From contig CAYOSB010000003.1 of NCBI GenBank assembly GCA_964406495.1, forward strand, positions 23,325-60,390: a DNA stretch of 37,066 nucleotides. Direction: 5' to 3'. Shown in pieces: positions 20,013-28,846 of this stretch (positions are counted from its first letter, which is position 1; each line of letters starts with the position of its first letter). A model generated the notes under the pieces. The model was not told the origin of the DNA. It searched no databases and was given only the letters and a program-made list of their open reading frames with translations. Source of the stretch: an uncultured Bacteroidaceae bacterium (GTDB lineage Bacteria; Bacteroidota; Bacteroidia; Bacteroidales; GCA-2748055). Position numbers and translations under genes: made by a program.

Positions 20013-21149
20013 ATGAAACCACCTTTTACCTTTGGGAAACTAGTATTAGAAAACGATTTTACGGATAGGATTGCTGAAACCCGTCGATTGATTTCAAATT
20101 TCAATTCATCCGTAAATACCATCCTCATTTCACCAAGAAGATGGGGAAAATCCTCCCTGGTAGTAAAAGCAGCAAAAAGTATTCAAACCAAATCAAAGAA
20201 GATCATCTTCTGCATGATTGACCTGAACAACATAAGGTCTGAAGAACAATTCTATAAATTACTGGCAACAAAAGTCCTTCAACAATCTTCTTCAAAAATT
20301 GATTCAATTCTGGAAAACGCAAAATTATTTCTGGGCAGTTTCATACCGAATATCAGTTTCAGTCCAAACCCGGAAACAGATCTAAAACTCTCGCTTGACT
20401 GGAATGAAGTCAGAAAAGAACCAGATGATATTCTTGATCTTGCCGAGAAGATTGCAGCAAAAACAAAGATGCAAATTATAATCTGCATTGATGAGTTTCA
20501 AAATATTTCTGAATTTGAGCATCCTGTTGACTTTCAAAAAAAATTACGTGCACATTGGCAATTACATCAGCATGTTACCTATTGTCTTTATGGTAGTAAA
20601 CGACATATGTTAATGGAAGTATTCAGTTCTCCATCCATGCCGTTTTATAAATTTGGGGATATCATATTCCTCGAAAAGATTATGGAAAAAGACTGGATAG
20701 ATTTCATAATAAAGCGATTTCAGGAAACAGGCAAGCGCATAGATCCTGATGGTGCTGCAATGATTGCAAATTCTTGCGAAAATCATCCCTATTATGTACA
20801 ACAGCTGGCGCAGCAGGTATGGTTGAGAAGCAGTAAAAATTGCAAACCACAAATTATTAACGAAGCATTTGAAGATTTGATAATGCAGCTAAGCATGTTA
20901 TTTCAGATGCTGACAGATGATCTAAGCTTAAAACAAATCAATTTTCTTCATGCCCTCACCAACAAGGAAGAACAAGTCACCTCACAAAGTGTATTAAAAA
21001 AGTACAATCTCGGAACATCAGCAAATGTGATTAAAATTAAAAAAGTGCTCCATGATCGGGAAATTATTGATATCGTGGGAAAGAAAATCGAGTTTATGGA
21101 TCCTCTATATAAATACTGGCTGAAGAACTACTATTTTAATCCTGAATAG
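20013..21149 (+). CDS. AAA/'archaeal-type' P-loop ATPase with probable C-terminal winged helix
   Basis: Walker A SPRRWGKSS, Walker B ICIDEFQ, YGS motif, HPYYVQQL, C-terminal FMDPLYKYWL. Confidence 0.85.
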   Translation: MKPPFTFGKLVLENDFTDRIAETRRLISNFNSSVNTILISPRRWGKSSLVVKAAKSIQTKSKKIIFCMIDLNNIRSEEQFYKLLATKVLQQSSSKIDSILENAKLFLGSFIPNISFSPNPETDLKLSLDWNEVRKEPDDILDLAEKIAAKTKMQIIICIDEFQNISEFEHPVDFQKKLRAHWQLHQHVTYCLYGSKRHMLMEVFSSPSMPFYKFGDIIFLEKIMEKDWIDFIIKRFQETGKRIDPDGAAMIANSCENHPYYVQQLAQQVWLRSSKNCKPQIINEAFEDLIMQLSMLFQMLTDDLSLKQINFLHALTNKEEQVTSQSVLKKYNLGTSANVIKIKKVLHDREIIDIVGKKIEFMDPLYKYWLKNYYFNPE

Positions 21150-21154
21150 TCAAA

Positions 21155-21282
21155 TAAGAATCTACCTACCTTGAAATCCGATGTTGATTCTAGCGCAAAA
21201 CATTCATTTATAATAAATACAGAAGGAGATAAAAAGAAAAACCAACCGAAAAAGGCGGATTGTCCTGCGTAGTAGCGGGGGG
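21155..21282 (+). pseudogene. Heavily decayed large-serine-recombinase C-terminal tail ending in a tRNA-like core
   Basis: Across frames: RIYL..., AKHSFIINTEGDKKKNQPKKAD, then SCVVAGG. This parallels RIYLT...AKSQF*KVSGGKNKN...SSLV at 23.4-23.6 kb. TAGTAGCGGGG at 21270-21280 exactly repeats 19862-19872. Confidence 0.45.
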
Positions 21283-21319
21283 TAGTGCCTCCTGCGCTAT
21301 AAGCTTCAGTGGATAATAG

Positions 21320-21406
21320 TTGCTCTTCGTTGCTCCTCGCGAGTCCATGGGGAGAGACTTTATTAAGCAAAAGCCTTTCTGCTCGTAACCTCGCAGAACC
21401 GGTCTC
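21320..21406. repeat. Structured ~90-bp repeat, copy B (REP-like)
   Basis: See copy A; stems GAGAGAC/GTCTCTT and TTCTGC/GCAGAA. Confidence 0.75.
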
Positions 21407-21437
21407 TTTTCAATTAGACAAATTATCGACAAGAATG

Positions 21438-21491
21438 AAAAAGCAGAGTGTGCGTTTATCGCTACCGCTCTTCACCCTCACTCTGCTTTTT
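21438..21491. terminator. Probable bidirectional intrinsic terminator
   Basis: Perfect 13-bp inverted repeat AAAAAGCAGAGTG (21438-50)/CACTCTGCTTTTT (21479-91) between the convergent ATPase and hipT genes; the loop is long (28 nt). Confidence 0.6.
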
Positions 21492-21519
21492 AGTAGACGA
21501 TATGACTGAAATATCTATC
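21490..21519. mobile_element. att-like site 2
   Basis: TTAGTAG-ACGATATGAC-TGAAATATCTATC; translates as LVDDMTEISILDL; TTTAGTAGAC (21489-98) is repeated exactly at 23561-70. Confidence 0.6.
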
Positions 21520-21580
21520 CTTGATTTGCCTGGTGAGTTGAGGGAAGTGACTGATTTTCTGAATGCTAATATAAATAACC

Positions 21581-22588
21581 CTATGTTAGATTAATTATCT
21601 CCAATCGTTCCTGATAGTGTCGTCTATAAAGACTTTTTGTTTCCTGATCCAAAAATGATCTGTCAATTAAACTCATTACCTCCGTTTGTTCTTCCAAAAA
21701 GGGAGTAAGTAATTTTATTACTCTTCTCTCGCTTATCTGAATTGCTTTTCCGAATTCAATGAAATCTTCTTTACAAGGATAGTTATCTGTATTTTGAATC
21801 CTGCAATCGGACCAATACCATTCCTTAAACAGATCATTATCCAATGCAAAAGGACTCTCTTCACTTACATGGATTCTTGTATCTAACAGATCATAAGCAG
21901 GACTTAATACATAATCTCCATTGATGGTTTCCAGGAGTGAAAAATTCTTTAAATGAGCATCACCATTCGAGAATAGAAAATTAAATATCACTAATCGATA
22001 ATATTTCTCCATTTCGATCTTCCAGGCACCTACATATCTCTGAATAAGCTCAGCAATACCCTCATAGGAATAGTTGTATTTGAAGTTCTTTCCTGCATTC
22101 TCCTCCGTCTTACCCGCCAGTGATGCAAAATCTTCCTTTCCCAGCTTGCGTCCTCCCTCACCAATATCAAATCGTTTCGTAAGATATGCAGGTTCACCAT
22201 TTTTGAAAAATACCATTCCGTTTTCAGCAATTTGAATTTGGTAGACTTTAGCAGCTATTTGCATTGTTAAATGCTCATTTGCAGGAACCATACTTGTCCT
22301 TTTAAGTCCATGTGGCTTAGGTTTAAGAATATATGTACCCTGTTCCTTTTCTTCTGTTAAACGCAACATGTTTTTTTCTAACAATAAAGAGTATTTTTCC
22401 TGAACACCGGAAATTGAAATTCGTTTCTGGTTTTCCATGAATTTCTGCTGATCTTCCTCATCAACCTCCGGTGCATTATAAGGTAATATATGGCTCACTT
22501 TTTTCCCGTCAAACATTCTTCTAAGAAAAAGTGGACTATATTGCGAAAACCCCTCTGTAAGCAGACCCGGGCAATACTTTAACTCCAT
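21581..22588 (-). CDS. hipT: HipA-family kinase toxin lacking the N-subdomain (HipT-like)
   Basis: Gly-rich loop ISISGVQEK, YILKP, NEHLTMQIA, YLTKRFD, NGDAHLKNFS, LSPAYD. Confidence 0.88.
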   Translation of the reverse strand: MELKYCPGLLTEGFSQYSPLFLRRMFDGKKVSHILPYNAPEVDEEDQQKFMENQKRISISGVQEKYSLLLEKNMLRLTEEKEQGTYILKPKPHGLKRTSMVPANEHLTMQIAAKVYQIQIAENGMVFFKNGEPAYLTKRFDIGEGGRKLGKEDFASLAGKTEENAGKNFKYNYSYEGIAELIQRYVGAWKIEMEKYYRLVIFNFLFSNGDAHLKNFSLLETINGDYVLSPAYDLLDTRIHVSEESPFALDNDLFKEWYWSDCRIQNTDNYPCKEDFIEFGKAIQISERRVIKLLTPFLEEQTEVMSLIDRSFLDQETKSLYRRHYQERLEIINLT

Positions 22589-22594
22589 ATAATT

Positions 22595-22918
22595 CTAACT
22601 GTCTATTGGTTTCACTGTAATGGCACCTATGGTATCAAATTGCGCTGTTGCCAGCAGCAAGCCAAAAAAATCTTTTTCATCAATCTTTAGTTGTTTTGAC
22701 TGAAGTGTCCTGTTTGTCCCTTCCGAAAGCATGTTAAAGAAAAAAGGAAACAGGGTTTTTGAAGTATATGACAATTTTGTTTTAGGAATTGTCAGGCTTA
22801 TAGCTGGCTGTGTACTATCATTATAGTATTCCGGATCGTAGTTAAATGTAAAACCTCTATCTGATTCAAATAAGATTCCTGCCCTGATGTTATTTCTATA
22901 TATTTCTGCGCTTCTCAT
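22595..22918 (-). CDS. hipS: HipA N-terminal-domain protein (HipS-like antitoxin)
   Basis: AGIL...GFTFNYD..Y, AISLTIP, LFPFFFNMLSEG, DTIGAITV; lies between the HTH and kinase genes. Confidence 0.85.
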   Translation of the reverse strand: MRSAEIYRNNIRAGILFESDRGFTFNYDPEYYNDSTQPAISLTIPKTKLSYTSKTLFPFFFNMLSEGTNRTLQSKQLKIDEKDFFGLLLATAQFDTIGAITVKPIDS

Positions 22919-23127
22919 TTATGTGGCCTTTTTATTTCAAGATTTATATCCAGCCCTAATACATCTGCTATCTTACGCAGGTTGTCTAATGTTATATTTC
23001 CCCTGCCACTCTCAAAACGCTTTAAGGTTGCAAGTCCAACTTCAGAAAGTTCTGCCAAATGTTCCTGGTTAATTCCAAGAATAGCTTTTCTTTCTTTTAT
23101 TACCTTTATTAACTCCTCGTTTGTCAT
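22915..23127 (-). CDS. hipB: XRE-family HTH regulator (HipB-like)
   Basis: IKERKAILGINQEHLAELSEVGLATLKRFESGRGNITLDNLRKIADVLGL; ATG at 23127 (track start TTG 23133); 4-bp overlap with hipS. Confidence 0.85.
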   Translation of the reverse strand: MTNEELIKVIKERKAILGINQEHLAELSEVGLATLKRFESGRGNITLDNLRKIADVLGLDINLEIKRPHK

Positions 23128-23141
23128 TTTCAAACACCATC

Positions 23142-23287
23142 AATAGTGTCATATATGATATTATTTCATAAAATTAGGCTCTTTTTCTAATATATGCAAA
23201 CCAATAGTATCATATTTGATTCTATTTATCAGGTTGAATAGAAATCCGATAAACCCAATCAATATTAGTGTCATATATGATACCTTA
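23142..23287 (-). promoter_or_regulatory. Three palindromic operators at exact 61-bp period, with the hipBST promoter between copies 1 and 2
   Basis: AATAGTGTCATATATGATATTATT (23142), AATAGTATCATATTTGATTCTATT (23203), ATTAGTGTCATATATGATACCTTA (23264); minus-strand TTTG (23200-23197), N20, TAATTTTA (23176-23169). Confidence 0.75.
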
Positions 23288-23330
23288 TATGCTATTGCTG
23301 TTTAACTTCAGCAACTAATGAACAACTTGA

Positions 23331-23633
23331 TTCCTGAAGTCAGGAGATACATTTGATAATTACTGGCACTTAGGTGTTCTTGAGGAATAGAGAAAGATTC
23401 AGAAATTGGTATTTCCTGAAGGAATTAGGGTGGATACTAAATACCGGATATATCTAACCTCCAAAGTAAATTCCTTATTTCTTGCAAAGTCCCAATTTTA
23501 AAAGGTGTCAGGAGGTAAAAATAAAAACTTCCCATCCGCCGCGGCAGATGAGGAGTCCTCTTTAGTAGACAAGGTGATTGAAATATCTAACCTGGATCTC
23601 ATCAAAGATATTATTGAACTTGCTGGAATTTGA
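23331..23633 (+). pseudogene. C-terminal remnant of a large serine recombinase, two in-frame stops, containing att-like site 3
   Basis: YWHLGVLEE*RKIQKLVFPEGIRVDTKYRIYLTSKVNSLFLAKSQF*KVSGGKNKN...SSLVDKVIEISNLDLIKDI; stops at 23388 (TAG) and 23499 (TAA). The QKLxFPEGI...YLT.KVN..F pattern is one I recognise from Bacteroidota recombinase tails. Confidence 0.7.
23562..23591. mobile_element. att-like site 3
   Basis: TTAGTAG-ACAAGGTGAT-TGAAATATCTAAC, preceded by the near-perfect palindrome CATCCGCCGCGGCAGATG (23533-23550), which forms a minus-strand hairpin with a T-tract. Confidence 0.6.
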
Positions 23634-23842
23634 AGGGATTGGATTAATATATAGTCGCCTGCCCCCACAAATTTTATTGTTCTAAAGCCTGACCTTTTTG
23701 AAAAAGCTTTGACTTTATTAACTCCTCCATATAATATTAAAGCCAATATCTGATCTTAGTTTAACAATTCACTAATGAATTCCTTACTTTTATCTCTTGA
23801 ATAAGATTTGATCATGGTGAAGAATAGGCTATTTTATTAAAT

Positions 23843-24424
23843 ATGAATCTTATTAATGGCATAGATGAGCGTAAATTGATCATCAGGCTTTCAGAAGGTG
23901 ATGAAACAGCTTTTGAAATTCTTTTCAGGCATTATTATCCCGGCCTGGTCATCTATGCTTCAAAATTTGTTCAGGACAGAACTGAAGCAGAGGAAATTGT
24001 ACAGGAATTCTTTATCCGATTGTGGGAGAAACATCATAAAATCAAGTCATCCTCTACTTTAAAATCATATGTATTCCAGTCAGTCAAAAATAGTTCCCTG
24101 AACTATATCCGGGATAAAAAAGTTAGTCTGCCAATCATAGAAGAACTCGTCCAAAAGTCTAATTCTGAGTTGATCTTCAATCAAGACCTGTATGTCGCAT
24201 CTGAGCTGCAACGAAAAATTGAAAGTGCGGTAAACAATCTTCCTGAAAAATGCCGGGAGGTATTCCTGATGAGCCGTTTCAGGAATATGAAGAATGATGA
24301 GATTGCACAGGAATTAAATATTTCCAAACGAACGGTAGAAACCCATATCAGCAATGCAATAAAGGTCCTCAAAACAGAACTAAAGGACTTCCTCATACTG
24401 CTTATTATGTTCAAACTGGGCTAA
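23843..24424 (+). CDS. ECF sigma-70 factor (Bacteroidota PUL type)
   Basis: GDETAFEILFRHYY, AEEIVQEFFIRLW, LPEKCREVFLMSR, EIAQELNISKRTVETHIS. Confidence 0.93.
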   Translation: MNLINGIDERKLIIRLSEGDETAFEILFRHYYPGLVIYASKFVQDRTEAEEIVQEFFIRLWEKHHKIKSSSTLKSYVFQSVKNSSLNYIRDKKVSLPIIEELVQKSNSELIFNQDLYVASELQRKIESAVNNLPEKCREVFLMSRFRNMKNDEIAQELNISKRTVETHISNAIKVLKTELKDFLILLIMFKLG

Positions 24425-24449
24425 TTCCTGAAAATAATCACTTTTTACT

Positions 24450-24477
24450 TACGTGTCCCTCCTGCTTTTTGTGTATT
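24450..24477 (+). promoter_or_regulatory. Putative ECF-dependent promoter upstream of the anti-sigma gene
   Basis: TACGTGT-N13-TGTGTATT in the sigma/anti-sigma gap; position and form resemble motifs I recall from such loci (unverified). Confidence 0.35.
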
Positions 24478-24521
24478 GATGACAAATGAACTCGGTTTAT
24501 ACCTGTCAATACAACTAATTT

Positions 24522-25499
24522 ATGGAAGGAAAATCATTAGAATCCCGGCTAAAGGCATTTTTAAATTCCTTAAAAGAAGACAATCCGGAAAAACTTGTTG
24601 AAGACGCTTATGCCTCAATGAAAAGCATTAATGATATTGATGTCGATCATGCTTATTCCACTGTGACCCAAAAAATATATAGGCGCTCCGGAAGGACCAG
24701 AACCTTATATCAATTGCAGAGAATCGCAGCAATACTATTTATTCCAATGCTCGTTGCTTCAATTCTGTTCTACCAACATCATCGCTCAACCTATTCAGCA
24801 AGTGCAAAACAGACCATCATCAATCCTTCGGGCGTCCGCTCGCAGGTAGAACTCCCCGACGGTAGTATTGCATGGTTGAATGCCGAAAGCGAAATATCAT
24901 TTTATGAGTCTTTTTCAGGTAAAGAAAGAAATATTGAATTGTCCGGGGAAGCCTTCTTTGATGTTAAAAGTGATCCTGATAAACCATTTGTGGTTTCTGC
25001 CGGTAAAGTTGCTGTGGAGGTATTAGGCACAAGATTTAATGTAAAGAGTTACCATGACGAGGCAAATATCGAGGTATCCCTGGAAGAAGGCAAGATAAAT
25101 TTCATTTCAAAACATGGCGGAAAGAATCAGCAGACGAGTATGGTCCCGGGTATGCGAGCGGTGTATAATATTCATTCTGAAAATACCCTGATCAGCAAAG
25201 AGGAAAACATCAGCCAGTATTCAGCATGGATGAAAGGAAAACTGATGTTCGATGATACGCCCTTCCCGCAGGTCCTGAGATCACTCGAAAGATGGTACAG
25301 CGTTGATATTGATCTGGCGAATGATGAAATCAGTCAATACAGGTTAACAACAACTTTCGAAGAACAAAGCATCAGACAGGTCATTGAGATATTGGAGCTT
25401 TCTTCACCGATTACAATTGATTACACTCCTATTGAGCGTGATCAAAACGGACAGATGATGAATAAACCTCATCTAACAATTGATAAAAAAAGAAAATGA
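24522..25499 (+). CDS. FecR-family anti-sigma factor
   Basis: One TM segment (RIAAILFIPMLVASILFY), LPDGSIAWLNAES, LSGEAFFDV, VEVLGTRFNV, AWMKGKLMFDD. Confidence 0.93.
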   Translation: MEGKSLESRLKAFLNSLKEDNPEKLVEDAYASMKSINDIDVDHAYSTVTQKIYRRSGRTRTLYQLQRIAAILFIPMLVASILFYQHHRSTYSASAKQTIINPSGVRSQVELPDGSIAWLNAESEISFYESFSGKERNIELSGEAFFDVKSDPDKPFVVSAGKVAVEVLGTRFNVKSYHDEANIEVSLEEGKINFISKHGGKNQQTSMVPGMRAVYNIHSENTLISKEENISQYSAWMKGKLMFDDTPFPQVLRSLERWYSVDIDLANDEISQYRLTTTFEEQSIRQVIEILELSSPITIDYTPIERDQNGQMMNKPHLTIDKKRK

Positions 25500-28400
25500 T
25501 CATTCCCAGAACATATCTGAAACGATTAAAAAAGTTCTCCAGCCGGACTTTTTCGGGAAATTGGAATAAGACCATCCTGCTTCAATTCATAATTATTCTT
25601 CTTTCCGTTCAAGTATCCTACGGACAAGGAACGAATGTGAATCTCGAACTGAAAAATGCATCGATAAAACAAGTTTTAAAGCGTATTGAGCAGCAATCAG
25701 ATTACATCTTCACATATAACAGCAAATTAATTGATGTTTATGAGATCATTGATGTAAGATTCAGGAATACCGACTTGCTGGATGCCCTTGAGGAGATCTT
25801 TAAAAACCAGGAGGTCAGTTTTGTATTCAGTGATCAACTTATTATAATCAGTCAAAATGTTTCAGATGCTACATCTCAGATAAAAGAAAGGGTAATTTCC
25901 GGAACGGTAAGCGATAGTGATGGTAACCCCCTGCCAGGTGCAACAATTATTGCAAAAAACACGCAAGTGGGTGTAAGCAGTGATATAAACGGAGCGTATT
26001 CCATTACTGTTCCACCCGACACTGATGTGCTTGTGTATTCTTTTATCGGGATGGAGACCAGGGAAGTTGAAATTAATGACAGGGCTGAAATTAATATTGT
26101 TTTGCAGGAAGAGATTACTTCTCTTGAAGAGATTGTAGTGGTTGGATACGGTACCCAAAAGAAAGTAACTGTAACCGGTTCCGTTGCTGCAATATCCGGA
26201 ACAGAAATACTTGAAACAAAAGCAGCAAACCTGGCAAACAGCCTCACAGGAAGGGTGCCCGGCCTGGTAATCAACTCCAGGGGAGGAGAACCGGGAGCTG
26301 ACAATGCACAAGTTTTAATCAGGGGGATCGGAACAACGGGAGATAATTCTCCATTGTATGTGATAGATGGCATTGCCAACAGGGGCAGTTTTGAGCGATT
26401 GAACCCGGATGATATTGAAAGCATATCTGTTCTGAAAGACGCATCTGCTTCCATATACGGGGCACAGGCAGCAAACGGGGTTATATTAATTACAACGAAA
26501 CGGGGTACCACCGGTGAACCTCGCTTCAGTTACAGCAGCACCTACTCAATTTCACAACCTACACGCCGTCCGCACCTCAGCAATGCACTTCAGTACCTTA
26601 CCTGGATCGATGAACAGAATGAGCGAAATGGAAGACCCACAGAGTATAAGGATATTATCAGGGAGTACGGGGATGGAACCAATGACCCGGCGAAGTGGGC
26701 TGATACCGATTGGTGGGAGGAAGTAATGGATGTATGGACACCTCAACAGCAGCAGAATATTAGTCTGACCGGAGGATCTGAAAAGGTTAAATATTATTTA
26801 TCTGGTCAGTACCTCGACCAGGATGCCACATATATTGGAAAAGCATTTGGATATAAACAATACAATGTGCGTTCAAATATTGATGCCCAGGTTTCAAAAC
26901 ACCTGAAGATCGGATTTGATCTTTCCGGACGCCGAGGCGATAAAACGGGAGCAACACAAAATACAGATGCGCTGATTCGACAGGTTTTCGTGCAGGCACC
27001 TTTTGAATCACCCTATTACCCTAATGGATTGGTTGTAAAAACTTCAAATGGGAATCCCATTAATTTCGTAAACGGAAATAGTGGTTCCACAAACACACGC
27101 AACAACTTCATAGATACTAAGTTTTCCTTTCAACTGGATATGCCTTTCATTACGGAGGGTTTGTATGTTTCCGGGTACGGTGCACTGGACTATTATACAA
27201 CCTTTCAAAAGAAACTCACCAAGCCGTATGATCAGTTTTTATTGAATGAAGCAACAGGTGAATATGTGAATTATGTTGATCAAACCGGCTCAGCTACGCT
27301 CTGGCAGGAAAGCAGGGAAGAACTTAACCGCACATTTCACCTGCGTATTGGGTATGAAAGAACATTTGACAGTCATAGTGTAAACCTGTTTGCCGCCTAT
27401 GAACAGTATACCCACAATGGGGAGTTTTTTAATGCATACCGCAGGGATCTTGTTACCCCTGATCTGCCTTACCTGTTTTCCGGATCAGATGAAGGACAAA
27501 ATAATTCAGGGATGGGTTTTCAATCGGCAAGGAAAAACTTTTTTGGTCGGATCAATTACAATTACCAGGAGAAGTATCTTCTGGAGTTTACGCTGCGTTA
27601 CGACGGATCGGAAAATTTTCAAAAAGAGAAACGATATGGGCTTTTCCCGGGAGTATCATTGGGATGGAGGCTCACCGAGGAGCCGTTTTTCAGCAGTGAT
27701 CTGATATCCAATCTGAAGATCAGGGCCTCCTGGGGTCAGCTGGGGAATGATAAGGTGCCAAATTTCCAATACCTGCAGTTCTATAACCTCTCCTATTCCT
27801 ATATTTTCGGAGAAGATAAATTAAGAACATTGGGATTAACCCCGGGGACTACTCCGAATCCGAATATTACCTGGGAAACTGCGGAAAAATCAAATATTGG
27901 GATTGATTTTGCATTTCATAAGTACTTAAGGGGTACGATCGAGTTTTTCCATACAAAACGCTCCGATATACTAACCCCGCGGAATGCATCTATCCCGGTG
28001 TATACTGGTATGACACTTCCGGATGAGAATATCGGGCAGGTCAAGAACCAGGGGGTTGAGCTTGATCTGCGGCATCACAATAGTATCGGCGCCATAAAGT
28101 ATAGTATTGGAGGGCAGGTCACCTATGCCAAAAGTGAAATCCTGTTTATCGATGAAGCAGAGAACATCCCGGATTATCAGCGCCGCACTGGCAATCCTAT
28201 AGATTATATTCTTATCTATGAAGCTGATGGTCTCTACCAGGACCAGGATGAAATTGATGCATCTGCCCATTTTGCGGATGCCAAACCCGGAGATGTAAAA
28301 TTCATCGATAGAAGTGGTGATGGAAAAATCGATGCAGATGACAAGATCATTCTTGAGAATTCTCCTACTCCCAAACTAGTCTATGGGATTCCACTGGATG

Positions 28401-28831
28401 TCAGTTGGAAGAATTTAAGCCTGAACATCTTTATCCAGGGTCAGGCTTTTGCGCAAACCATATACAGACCCTGGGATATCAATCAACAGTCGGTCTATTT
28501 TGAAGAACGGTGGATTTCGAAACGCCTGACTCCGGATGCTATATATCCTGCTGCATACGACATGAGCAGCAGCAGTATACAGAACGAATCCACCATTTGG
28601 GTAAAAGACAATTCTTTCCTCCGGTTTAAAAATATTCAGCTGTCCTACAACTTCAGCGATAAATTACTGGAAAAGATCGGGCTTTCTTCCATGAGTGTTT
28701 ATGTAAGTGGACATAACCTCTTCTTTATTTACGATAAGGTGAAGTTTAATGATCCGGAAAGCACCTCTAAAACGGGGTGGTATTATCCGCAGCAAAGACT
28801 ATTGTCAGCCGGACTGAGTGTCACATTTTGA
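25496..28831 (+). CDS. SusC/RagA TonB-dependent transducer with N-terminal signalling extension
   Basis: STN-like N-domain, EEIVVVGYGTQKK, NPDDIESISVLKDASASIYG..AANGVILITTKRG, RYDGS, WET, C-terminal GLSVTF. Confidence 0.96.
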   Translation: MIIPRTYLKRLKKFSSRTFSGNWNKTILLQFIIILLSVQVSYGQGTNVNLELKNASIKQVLKRIEQQSDYIFTYNSKLIDVYEIIDVRFRNTDLLDALEEIFKNQEVSFVFSDQLIIISQNVSDATSQIKERVISGTVSDSDGNPLPGATIIAKNTQVGVSSDINGAYSITVPPDTDVLVYSFIGMETREVEINDRAEINIVLQEEITSLEEIVVVGYGTQKKVTVTGSVAAISGTEILETKAANLANSLTGRVPGLVINSRGGEPGADNAQVLIRGIGTTGDNSPLYVIDGIANRGSFERLNPDDIESISVLKDASASIYGAQAANGVILITTKRGTTGEPRFSYSSTYSISQPTRRPHLSNALQYLTWIDEQNERNGRPTEYKDIIREYGDGTNDPAKWADTDWWEEVMDVWTPQQQQNISLTGGSEKVKYYLSGQYLDQDATYIGKAFGYKQYNVRSNIDAQVSKHLKIGFDLSGRRGDKTGATQNTDALIRQVFVQAPFESPYYPNGLVVKTSNGNPINFVNGNSGSTNTRNNFIDTKFSFQLDMPFITEGLYVSGYGALDYYTTFQKKLTKPYDQFLLNEATGEYVNYVDQTGSATLWQESREELNRTFHLRIGYERTFDSHSVNLFAAYEQYTHNGEFFNAYRRDLVTPDLPYLFSGSDEGQNNSGMGFQSARKNFFGRINYNYQEKYLLEFTLRYDGSENFQKEKRYGLFPGVSLGWRLTEEPFFSSDLISNLKIRASWGQLGNDKVPNFQYLQFYNLSYSYIFGEDKLRTLGLTPGTTPNPNITWETAEKSNIGIDFAFHKYLRGTIEFFHTKRSDILTPRNASIPVYTGMTLPDENIGQVKNQGVELDLRHHNSIGAIKYSIGGQVTYAKSEILFIDEAENIPDYQRRTGNPIDYILIYEADGLYQDQDEIDASAHFADAKPGDVKFIDRSGDGKIDADDKIILENSPTPKLVYGIPLDVSWKNLSLNIFIQGQAFAQTIYRPWDINQQSVYFEERWISKRLTPDAIYPAAYDMSSSSIQNESTIWVKDNSFLRFKNIQLSYNFSDKLLEKIGLSSMSVYVSGHNLFFIYDKVKFNDPESTSKTGWYYPQQRLLSAGLSVTF

Positions 28832-28846
28832 AAGGAAAACGCAGAT

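Noticed and set aside
23142-23287. CRISPR array (24-bp repeats, 37-bp spacers)
   Set aside because: Only three degenerate AT-rich copies, no cas genes in the window, and a promoter in the first spacer directly upstream of an HTH gene; operators explain it better.
23388-23501. Stop-codon readthrough or recoding in the recombinase-like frame
   Set aside because: Two different stops (TAG, TAA) and no N-terminal catalytic domain; simple decay is more likely.
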